Assembly: GCF_000143415.4 (NCBI RefSeq)
Contig: NW_003314319.1
Location: 958,365 to 1,022,364, forward strand
Source of the DNA: Selaginella moellendorffii
Lineage: Eukaryota; Plantae; Lycopodiophyta
Reading direction: 5' to 3'
DNA length: 64,000 nt
Shown: positions 32,565-42,138 of the stretch, piece after piece
How the letters are laid out: the number at the start of each line of letters is the position of its first letter
How positions within the stretch are numbered: position 1 is the first letter of the stretch
Position numbers and translations under genes: made by a program
Notes under the pieces: model-generated
Database searches by the model: none
What the model was told of the DNA's origin: nothing
Seen by the model: only the letters and a program-made list of their open reading frames with translations

Positions 32565-34139
32565 TCAGCGCTTGTGAGGCCGCTCTCTCGTGTCAACAAT
32601 CTCCTCCTCGTCCTCCTCGGTTCCTCTACTTCGCTTCTTCCGCGAGGATCCTGTCGCTGCTACTGTCGTGGCTACTGCTGCCGCGGTTGTTATTGTTGTG
32701 GTGGTGGTCGCGGTTGCTGTCGCGGGGGTGTCGTCCGTGGTGGGAGTCTCCTCCTCGTCGAATTCCTCGTCTTCCTCCTCGTCTCCTTCACCCGGCTCGA
32801 AGTCGCTCGCGCCCTCGTCTTCCTCTTGTTGCATTATCGGTTGCACGAGATAGTCCGTTCCATAGTCTTCCTCGACCTGGAACCGAAACACGAAACCCAT
32901 CAGAGGAATGAAGGAAACGAAAAAAAAAAACCAAGTTTTGCAAGCTGCTATCCGAGACCGAGTGAGATCCACAAGCCCATGCAGCAAAACCCAAAGCAAA
33001 CAATGGAAAAATAAAATTTTTACCTCTTCTTCCTCTTCCTCCTCCTCGTCCTCCTCTTCGTCATCGTCATCGTCCTCGCCAATCTCCCCGTTCTCATCCT
33101 CCTCCTGGATCTCTACATCGCCCTCAGCGGCAGCCATCGGCGGAGCCGCCACTCCTCCTCCTCCTCCTCCCGCCCCTCCCGGCGCTTGCTCCAGGAGCTC
33201 CTCCTCGTCCTCGCCATCTTCATCCTCCTCCTCCTCCGCCGCCAGCTCCTCATCACTGTCATGAACATCGTGAACCTCGACCACGTTGTCTCCATCTTCG
33301 TCCTCCTCGTCCTCCACTTCCTCGTAGTCGGACCCATTCTCCTCGTCCTGCCCGCCACTGGCAGTAGCAACGGCGGCGGCACCGCCGCCGCCAACACCAC
33401 CAGCAACCCCGCCCGGAGCGCCACCGGCGGAGGCAGCCAACTCCTGGAAGCTTTCCTCTTCCTCTTCCTCGTCGAGCTCTTCATTCTCGCCGCCATCTTC
33501 TTCGTCTTCCTCATCCTCGCCATCCTTAGAAGAGGAGAGATTCGGTGGCCTTTGCCCGTTTGCATGCTTTTGGTGGCCGCCGAGATCCTCCTCGTCTACG
33601 CCCTCGCTGTTAGCATCCTCCCCATCCTCCTCCTCGGACTCCTCCTCCTCGGACTCGGGCCTCTCGTTGTTGTCCGCGTCCACCTTGTCGAGATACTTGA
33701 GCGTCTTGATCATCCCAAACACCTGGGCCCTGTAATTGGGAACTTTGGTCACCGGGCACTCGTAGAGATCGAGCGAGACGAGCCTCAGCCGGGTGAGCGG
33801 CGACAGATCCTCGAGGCTGTGAATCTTGTTGTTGGACAGGTCGAGATCCCGGAGCGAGTGGAGCCCCGCCTCGACCAGATGATCCAGGCCACCAGCAATG
33901 CGATTGTCGCTGAGCGAGAGCTGCTCCAGGCGCGCGAGGCGCGGGAAATCGGCCAGCGTCGAGATGCCCGTGTTGGCGATGGAGAGCGTGGTAAGCTGGA
34001 TGAGCTGCTCGAGGAGAGACCTGGGTGGGAGGCGGCCCTGCGAGCACTTAACGCAGCCGTCGAGCATGAGCGCCTGTGCTGTGGATGGATCCTCGCCGCC
34101 CAGCGCCGTCTCCACGGCGCGCTGCCATGCCTCGTCCAT
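32565..34139 (-). CDS. Acidic leucine-rich nuclear phosphoprotein 32-related protein (ANP32-like), 2 exons
   Basis: MDEAWQRAVE, LRR repeats, LRRcap YRAQVFGMIKTLKYLD, a long D/E tail and DYGTDYLVQP. Intron at 32877-33023. Confidence 0.93.
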   Translation of the reverse strand: MDEAWQRAVETALGGEDPSTAQALMLDGCVKCSQGRLPPRSLLEQLIQLTTLSIANTGISTLADFPRLARLEQLSLSDNRIAGGLDHLVEAGLHSLRDLDLSNNKIHSLEDLSPLTRLRLVSLDLYECPVTKVPNYRAQVFGMIKTLKYLDKVDADNNERPESEEEESEEEDGEDANSEGVDEEDLGGHQKHANGQRPPNLSSSKDGEDEEDEEDGGENEELDEEEEEESFQELAASAGGAPGGVAGGVGGGGAAAVATASGGQDEENGSDYEEVEDEEDEDGDNVVEVHDVHDSDEELAAEEEEDEDGEDEEELLEQAPGGAGGGGGGVAAPPMAAAEGDVEIQEEDENGEIGEDDDDDEEEDEEEEEEEEVKILFFHCLLWVLLHGLVDLTRSRIAACKTWFFFFVSFIPLMGFVFRFQVEEDYGTDYLVQPIMQQEEDEGASDFEPGEGDEEEDEEFDEEETPTTDDTPATATATTTTTITTAAAVATTVAATGSSRKKRSRGTEEDEEEIVDTRERPHKR

Positions 34140-34722
34140 CCACAAACCCTAGAAAATCTCACACCGAGAGGCGCTCTCTCCTCTTCCTCTCTCCTTCCAA
34201 TCCCTGCGCACGATTTCTAGCCCTAGCCTAGAGCGCCAGGACTCTCGATTCTCCTCTCCCTCTCCTCCACGGCCCCTCCTCCCTTCTTTTCTTGGCAGCA
34301 AAGAAAGGAAAGAATGCGCCCGCTAGCAAGAACGTTCTTTGGAGCGATCGCCCGGACCGCAGCGGTGATCGCCCGAGATCGCCCAAGAACGCCGACCCCA
34401 GCCCTAGCTAATCGGCCGGGAAGTTTTCCCGGCGGGTCTGACCGACACGTGGCGGGCGCGGCAGGGGAGCCGTTGGATCTGTGCGTGCCGGGGGATATTC
34501 CTTGCGCACGAGGAAGATGCTTGCTAGTTTATTATAGGTAGGTCTAACGAAAGCTTTAGATTTGTCTGAGAGAGGGGAAAAATTTTTAGCAGCGGGCAGG
34601 CAATGCCAGAGATTTTTTTTGGAGCCCCTGGATCGAACGAACGAGTTGGATCGAGCAGCGCAAAAATTCGAGGAGGGAATGAAAGCTCTTACCTCTCTCG
34701 AGAGAAGAAATGGAAAGTTCGT

Positions 34723-35065
34723 CTAGGTGATCACGACCGTGATCTCCCCCTTGTCCAGAGCATCGTAGAACTCGTTCACCTGGCGGCGATAGTTTACGTG
34801 CCACATTTTCCACACAGCGCCCACTGGAAAAAAACAACCGGAAAATCGAAAATCAATCGAGAAACGAAATCGATAAGCGAGAAAATCGGTGAGCTGAGCT
34901 AGAGATGAAACGCTTACCCATCAATCCCAGGCCGAGCCCGATGCAAATCTCCCGAGTGACAAAGGCGGGGTCGTCAGCCCTCCGCCCGACCACTTGCTTG
35001 ACACCGTGAGAGACTTTGCGCGAGCCGGTCTCCACAGCCTTCTTCACAGCAGCTCCGGCGGCCAT
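34723..35065 (-). CDS. COX5C: Cytochrome c oxidase subunit 5C (2 exons)
   Basis: Spliced product PAFVTREICIGLGLGLMVGAVWKMWHVNYRRQVNEFYDALDKGEITVVIT*. Confidence 0.88.
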
Positions 35066-35451
35066 TCTTCTTCCTTCTTCCTTTCCTCACACCCTAAGCG
35101 AAAGAGGAATGAATCACTGTTAATATAAAACGATGCCATTAATGATAAATTAAGCAGATGTTTACCATAACCACGCGTTCATCGTCGCTTATCAATGGAG
35201 CAAGAGGAATGGTGGCTCCTAGAAATCAGGGGAGTATAAAAATCGAACGAGAGAGACAATAATGGACAGACCTTGAATTTGGCATGGCATGCTTGAGTTC
35301 GATCCATTTATCTCTGAAAAAAGAGTTTTTTTTTTTTAAATCACAACATTTCTAGCATTTCTAGCTATCGACGGTAGAGGTACCTGGAAATTTTTCTTCG
35401 AAGCCATCTCCCAAGCTCTCAAGAAAAAGAACTTCTTCTCTCCACCTCCAA

Positions 35452-35599
35452 GAGAAATGCTGAAAGAGAGCCAAAACCTGCCGATAAGATCGATCGCAGC
35501 GAAACAAGATCTCTCGCAACCTCTTCTCTCTGAGAAATGCTGAAAGAGAGCGAAAACCCCTGCCGATACGATCGCTCGCAGTGAAACAAGATCTCTCGC
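35452..35599. repeat. Imperfect ~67-bp direct repeat, 2 copies, 80-bp period
   Basis: gagaaatgctgaaagagagc...gaaacaagatctctcgc at 35452 and 35532. Confidence 0.85.
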
Positions 35600-35831
35600 T
35601 TGTGAATCTTCCATACCTTGATCGGAGCCATGAAAGAAATCCCAGCGCCGCGCGCGAGATCGACGCGCCCGCTGACGAAATCCCTCCGCCGCGCGAGCGT
35701 CGCGCACGAACAAACGAAACAATCGCAGCTCGACCTAAAGAAAGCACCGCCACGCGTGGATTTGAAAATCCATGCAAAGAAGGTAAGGTAAAAACTCTCT
35801 TTATTTACTCGTGGTGAATCCTCCAGGAAAA

Positions 35832-36425
35832 TCACTCTAGCGGTAGCATCACTTCGTTTGTTCTTAGAAATCCGGGTGTCCATGGCGGATTGTATCGCGC
35901 GAGGATGTAATCGCCCGCGACCTGATAGCCCGCCGCTGCCAGATTCTTACGCAAGAGCTCCACCTTGTTCTTCACCAGATCATCACCGGCGACGCCAGTG
36001 AATCCCAGGACCCCAAACTTCTGCTGTGGAAGAGGAATCACGCGCACTCGCTCGTCCATCGGGCGAGGAATCGACTCCATCGTCAGCCCAGACGGCAGCA
36101 CGAATTGCATCGTCACGCGGCCATCGCTCTTGCTCTCGATCACCGGCGCATTCGCAATTGCGCCTCCACTCGACGATTGCTTCGTGATCACTGGCGCCGT
36201 CATGGCGATCTTCTGCGCGGGCTCGTTCTTGGGCTTGCCCAGCGCGCCGATGTAATCAGCCAGGATCGAGAAGCCGCCATCGCGGCCGCTCCTCATCTCC
36301 GCCGGATCGTAGCTCACCTCCGCGATGATGCGCGGCGCGTAGTCTCTCACCTCGAATCCATCCTCCTTCCTGACAAGCTCGTACTTTGGTGTCTCCACGC
36401 TGATCTTCCCCAACACCATCCCCAT
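35832..36425 (-). CDS. SOUL heme-binding protein, intronless
   Basis: MGMVLGKISVETPKY, IAMTAPV, MQFVLPS and ARYNPPWTPGFLRTNEVM. Confidence 0.94.
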   Translation of the reverse strand: MGMVLGKISVETPKYELVRKEDGFEVRDYAPRIIAEVSYDPAEMRSGRDGGFSILADYIGALGKPKNEPAQKIAMTAPVITKQSSSGGAIANAPVIESKSDGRVTMQFVLPSGLTMESIPRPMDERVRVIPLPQQKFGVLGFTGVAGDDLVKNKVELLRKNLAAAGYQVAGDYILARYNPPWTPGFLRTNEVMLPLE

Positions 36426-36601
36426 TCTCTTTTGCCCTCTCTAGCTCTAGAGAAGTTCCCTGCCGCCATAGCTATAAAGCTCTCTTCAAGTGGCTGGGAT
36501 TGCGCCAAGTCGACGAAGCTACCACAAAGCTCCATGTGTAAAAATTTAAAATCAAAAGTTTTAGGGTTTTGGAGCGCTTAGATTTTAGGGCTTGGAGTGG
36601 G

Positions 36602-37898
36602 ATGGATTGGCCCAGGGCGCTCCATCCCTACTACGCATTCCACGGCGCGGCGATCATCTCATACCTCGTGCTCCATCACACGGTGCTGCGATCTGCCGCG
36701 CCTTCTGCTCGATCGCGGCTCGAGAAATGGGTAAGATTTTGGCGCTTTGGCTCTTCCCTGTACCAATTCACGTTGTGAACAGGAAATGCAAGCTGCATTG
36801 AGCTTGGGGATCGTCCTGGCGATCAGGGTAAGTGTGTTTGTGATGAGCGCTTCCTAATCGGTGAAAAATCGCGAAGTGTGTGAGGCGGATTACGTGGGAG
36901 GTTTTCTTGTCGGATGCTCTTTTATACTCCAAAGTAAGCTCTCTCTCTTTTCTCCGTCTCGAGCGTTCTTAAGCTTGTCTCTTTTTTCTTCTTTTTGCCA
37001 GGCTTTGGTGGCATTGCTCGCTTTTATGCTGGATTGGAGGCTTCTAGCATGGTACCTAGTTATCTTTGCAAGTATAGAGTCTTCTTCTTTCACAGTTTTC
37101 TTCTTCGTTTTTAAGACTGTGTTTTACTTTTGTGTCCAGTGCTGTTTCTTCTTTGTGTCCAGCCAGCGCCCTCAGATGAAGGTAAGTCGTAGGTGTTGCT
37201 TAATCCGAGCTTGTCTAACACTCATGACTTTCTCAGGTAACGTCCTTCCACTCACACCTTTGCAACTAGAAAATCTTCTTACGGACGGAAATCAGAATAT
37301 CGTTCGACTGGTACGAAAATGCTTGTTCTCTGAAAGGTGATGATATATAATGGCGGCGCAGGTTGAATTCGGAGCTGTATGGTCCCCTCGCTGCGTTCAA
37401 CTGAGGAGACTCTTCTCCGAAATCTCAGTCAGGTCTTGAGCACTACTTTCCTTACAAAGAAAACAAATCAATCGTAATCCCGTGGTGGTACAGATACTCG
37501 AAAAGCGGTGTGCAGTTTTCACGGATTGACTTGGGACGATTTCCGAGTGTTGCTGCTAAATACGGCATAGAATTTGGAGGTTTCTTTTCTCTAAACAAGC
37601 TTTCGTGAATTGACGCGGCTTTTTCCAGTTGCTCTTCGGCAGCTTCCAACGCTGATAATGTTTGAAGGAGAAAACGAAGTGTGTAGATTGCCGGAACGAA
37701 GCTATGATGGCACATTTTCAGCTCAAAGCTTATCAGAGGTACTCGATTCTCTTCTTTTTACGTTTCCTGAAAAATAACGGCTTTTCATTGCAGAAGAATA
37801 TCATCCAAAAGTTTGGACTTGACGCTCACATGCTGCAAAGAATGTCTCGTCAAATCCAACTTCGCCAGAGCTTTCAAACTGTGAAGCAAAGCAATTGA
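36602..37898 (+). CDS. Thioredoxin-related transmembrane protein 2 (TMX2-like), about 10 exons
   Basis: TM N-terminus, LTPLQLENLL, VEFGAVWSPRC (SxxC), RIDLGRFPSVAAKYGI and QLPTLIMFE. Confidence 0.85.
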
Positions 37899-37948
37899 TT
37901 GGAAGGTACTAAAACATGAGAAAAGTTTTTTTTTTTTTGAGCTCTCAG

Positions 37949-39013
37949 CTATTCCTCGCTTGCCTGATTCTTCAATTCATCCTCGGTTTTTCTAAAGAAC
38001 ACGTCCCATGCACTTCCAGGCCCGGTGTCGAGGTAGTCGAGAGGAACACCGCTAGTGGCAGTGAGATTGGGCTGCACAAGCCCCTCTCTTTCGATAATCC
38101 TGAACTCTACTGGAGTAGACTTGGCCGGAAGCTCGTCGCTTCCTATCGTGAGGCTGCCCAAGCTGCTCAAAGTCTTGCTCTCTAGACCGTCACCCATGGC
38201 CTCGAGCTCTTCCCACGAGAATAACAGAGGCAGCGTGGAGCCTCCCCACGGATTGAAGTCGAGCAACCTAACTCGCAGATCCTTCGTCACGTAGACATCA
38301 AACGTATAGCTCTCCAGCTCGAACTTTCCCAGCAAACTGTTCTCGAAGAACCCCGAGATCGCAGTCCTCAAGCTGTCCTTGGAGCTGACGAGCGAGGAGT
38401 AGAAACCTGTGACTTCCCTCTGGCAGACCCCCAGCAAAGCCCCCCGGCGGACAAACGCTCGAAACTCCATCTCCGGCCTCAGATCATACCACTTGCGCAG
38501 AGCCAGCACAAGCTCCTCCGGACGCCCGGTGGAAGAAGCCGGCTTGTCGTCGCAGTTGTCAAAGGCGTGGCACAGGTCGTGGACGATCGAGTCGGAGGCC
38601 TTGAGAAGCAGCGAAACATCTCCAAAACTCTGACACTTGAGGTTCTTGGACGAGCTGATCCATGTTGCATCCTTGGGAGCACTCCAGTTGAGCTTCGGCA
38701 GCACTGCTCCTCCAAGCCGCCGGATCGAAGCCTCCACTTCCGCCTCGAGCTCGGGGAAAGAAGGCTGCTGCTGCTGCTCTCCGCCGTCTTCCTCGTCCTC
38801 TTCATCCCACTTCTCGTATCCGTCAGCCTGTAGCTCTGGGATCTCCGGAACCAGCCTCGATGGAAGATCACTCGAGGGGACGAAGAAGTCGCCGTCCAGG
38901 AGGTGCGAGACGAAGGCCTCCGGAAGCCTGTGAATCTCGGTGGCGATGGAGACCGACTTAAACCGAGGATACCACTGCTGGACCTGGCACTCGAGAACCT
39001 CCACCTCCTTCAT
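37949..39013 (-). CDS. CDC123: Cell division cycle protein 123 (ATP-grasp), intronless
   Basis: CQVQQWYPRF, PKLNWSAPKDA, LLLKASDSIVHDL, EMEFRAFV and LDFNPWGGSTLPLLFSWEEL. Confidence 0.95.
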   Translation of the reverse strand: MKEVEVLECQVQQWYPRFKSVSIATEIHRLPEAFVSHLLDGDFFVPSSDLPSRLVPEIPELQADGYEKWDEEDEEDGGEQQQQPSFPELEAEVEASIRRLGGAVLPKLNWSAPKDATWISSSKNLKCQSFGDVSLLLKASDSIVHDLCHAFDNCDDKPASSTGRPEELVLALRKWYDLRPEMEFRAFVRRGALLGVCQREVTGFYSSLVSSKDSLRTAISGFFENSLLGKFELESYTFDVYVTKDLRVRLLDFNPWGGSTLPLLFSWEELEAMGDGLESKTLSSLGSLTIGSDELPAKSTPVEFRIIEREGLVQPNLTATSGVPLDYLDTGPGSAWDVFFRKTEDELKNQASEE

Positions 39014-39083
39014 CGTGAGTAACTATGAACTCTACCGTGTAGTATCCCCTAGTACTGTACTTACAAGAACTTTTCTTTTGTTT

Positions 39084-39663
39084 TCAAGCAGCGAAGGATT
39101 TGCCACAGCCACAAGTAGACGTCGCGTTTGGATTCTTGAAAGAAAATCCACCACCGATAAGAGCGTCGCTGTAATCGAGCTGCATACCAAAGAGATACAA
39201 GAGGCTCTTTGGATCACACACTGTGAGGCAAGCAAGCAGAGAAGAAGTTAGCAAGAACAAAACGAAAGAATTCGAATTCTCCTGGCTTACCCATCGTGAA
39301 TCCTTCTTGCTCCATCACGGAATCATCGCTTCTCACGTTGCCTCGGTCCTCAAAATCCATGATATAGGACATGCCCGAGCATCCTCCCTGCCGGACCCCG
39401 ACTCTGAGGCACAGATCCTTCTTCTGGTCGGCTCGCAGCTTCTGGAGATGGGAGAGCGCCTTGTCCGAGAGAGTGATCGCCGGGACGAGATTAGGCGCTG
39501 GCGATTCCACTGCGGCAAGCTGGAAATCTAGAGAAGCGCGCAAAAACCCTAGGGATCAATCCATACCTGCGGCAGCCCTTATAGTCGAGGCGCGGTGATT
39601 CGATGGCCGTGCCGTCGCAGCCAGGCGCTGTGGCCACAAGAATGAGGGGATCGATGCCGCCAT
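39084..39663 (-). CDS. Plastid A-type Fe-S carrier IscA/SufA (3 exons)
   Basis: Transit peptide, [29 protein letters not shown] and [14 protein letters not shown]. Confidence 0.93.
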
Positions 39664-39861
39664 AGCTGGAAGGAGCGCGATATTTCGAGCGAGGTGGTCT
39701 CTCAAGAAATGCGAGGAAGAGAATATACGAGCAGAAGGAGAGAAATATTCCCGGCGGCGTTGGAATATACGTTTTGTACGGCAGAACAAAACCTCCGTAG
39801 TAGCTATGGCGAATTTTAGGGCTTGGCAATTTTGAGCTGGGAGGTTTTGGCCGTTGGTACC

Positions 39862-41816
39862 ATGGCGGGGAGCGGCGAAGAGCCGCTCAATCGGGAGCTC
39901 TATCGCGTTCCGGGCCACGCAGGTGAGTGAGAAATCCCAGATTTCTCCCATTTCTTCCTTCTCCTCCTTTTTTCCAGGGTGGTTTTCGTGGACCGGCATC
40001 CACTCCATCGAGCGCGAGGCCCTGGTGGAGTTCTTCGAGGGCAAGACGCTGTCCAAGACGCCAAAGATTTACAAGGAGTACCGCGACTTCATCATCAACA
40101 AGTACCGGGAGAATCCCCGGCGGCCGCTCACCTTCACGGAGATTCGCAAGATGCTCGTGGGCGACGTGAATTGCCTCCGCCGCGTCTTCGAGTTCTTGGA
40201 GCTGTGGGGGCTCATCAATTACCACCCCGATCCCGCCGAGGCTGTCAGCTCCATCGTACTGCCCTCCAACTCCAGCGCTGCCGCCGCTCCTCCTCCGCCC
40301 GGCATCCAGATCGTGTCAAAGTCATTCGCCGCCAACCCGGCCTCCAACTTGGGGTCGCGAGAGAACGCTTTCCACAGCAAGCAGCAGGGTGGCGGAGGTG
40401 GGAAGTCGCAAAACTCTCCGGACGGGAGCTCCTCCTCCGAGTGGACGGCCGAGGAGACGATGCTGCTGCTGGAGGCGATATCCAAGTATGGAGATAATTG
40501 GAACCGGGTCCAGCAGCACGTAGGGAGCAAGAACAGGGGGCAGTGCGTGAGGCAGTTCATCCAGCTCCCTTTTGGCGACCAGTTTCTGAACGAAGATCTT
40601 GGGGCCGTGTCGTCGTCGTCGCCGGTGGCTTCCAAGTCGCTGGAGAATGGGACGAGCCACGAGGTGAGGCATCCGACCAAGAAGCAAAAGTTGTCACACA
40701 CGGAAGCCAAGGCAGCCAAAGGTGCTCAGCACGCACACCAGGCAGCGCCCAACACCGCTAGCGCGCATCAACCGGAAGCTCACCATGTTTTGGAGGAGGT
40801 GACGCCTTTGACAGACGCCTCGAATCCACTCCTCTCGCAAGTGAGTCTCACAGCATTGCATGGTTTTTATTATCGTTTTAACCTTTTGGTTTTTATTCTT
40901 TTTTTTACTCTCGGACAGATTGCTTTCATGTCAGCAATGGTGGGTCCTCGAGTGGCTGCTGCGGCCGCTCAGGCCGCCCTGGCAGTTCTCGCCGAGGAGG
41001 AGCCCGCGGTGTCACAATTACCATTTTTGAATCAGCAGCAACAGCAACAGCATCACCCGCATCAACAAAAGGGGCAACAGCTGTCAAAGGAGCAACAGCA
41101 GCCAAAGGAGCAACAGCAGCAGCAGCAGCAGGATGAGCAAGTGGCCGCAGATAAAGAGGAAAACAAGCAAAACAACGCTGAAAAGTACGTGATGCCACGC
41201 ACTCTTTTTCCGGATAAAAATCCCGTTTTTCTCGTTCTTGCAGCGACTCCGACGTAAAGCCTGAGGCGGACGCCACTCCGGAAGTCAAGCAGCAGCAGCC
41301 ATCAGGTACTAAACAAGCTCTTCTTGTTTCTTTCTTCGATTAGACATTTCATTTGGGACGAACTTTATGAACAGCGGAGCCAGTGGAAGACAAGGATCAA
41401 CATGCAAAGAAGGACAAGGAAGAGACGAGGATTTCGGCGGCAAAGCTGCGTGCGGGGCTTGCTACGGCCATGGCTGCCGCAGCTGTGAACGCGAAGCAGC
41501 TGGCGGACCGTGAAGAGCGTGACATGGAGCTCCTCATGGCCAACATTATTGAGAGCCAGGTGCGTAGGAGCAAAAAGCTTTCTTTTCTGTATGGTAACAG
41601 ATCGAACTTTTCCTTTGGCAGCTAAAGAAGCTCTACAGCAAGCTCGATCATTTCGAAGAACTCGAGCAGCTAATGGACATCGAAAGGCTGCAACTCCAAC
41701 AGATGCGAGAGCAAGTGTTTGTGGACCGCCTCCAGCTCATGAGGCAGCAGCACGCGAGCGCCGCCACCGTTGCCGCATCCGCTGCTACGTCCGCGCAAGA
41801 CAAGCCATCGTCATAA
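39862..41816 (+). CDS. SWI3: SWI/SNF complex subunit SWI3 (SWIRM + SANT + coiled coil)
   Basis: WFSWTGIHSIER, YRDFIINKYRENP, FLELWGLINY, SANT WTAEETMLLLEAI, a poly-Q tract and AKQLADREER. Confidence 0.93.
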
Positions 41817-42138
41817 CTTTCACTCTAGCAGAGAAAAAAGCTCCAAACTTTTGTGTAACATAAACATTTGTAACACAGTGACCCCAAACTTTTTGATCTC
41901 TTCCAAGGGAAAAAGAAAAGAGGATCACAGGCCAGGCCTCCTCCATTCCGGAGCCACTTATGCGTTATATACAAAAGCCACAGCGAGCGTCTCTCTCTCT
42001 CGCCACTCCACAGGCTTCTTCTTCATTGTCATCAAGTTCCTTCCTCCATAAGTAACTTTGCGTTGATGGAATGCATCGATCGTCCAGACCGAGCGTTGCT
42101 TTCGCTTCTTCCAAACCAGTCTGGTCCATCCGGTCATA

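Noticed and set aside
33186-34220. 344-aa plus-strand ORF opposite ANP32-like
   Set aside because: Antisense reading of GAG/GAC-rich acidic codons gives Leu/Val runs; not an independent gene.
35452-35599. CRISPR-like repeat-spacer array
   Set aside because: Only two long imperfect copies, no cas genes, and a eukaryotic context.
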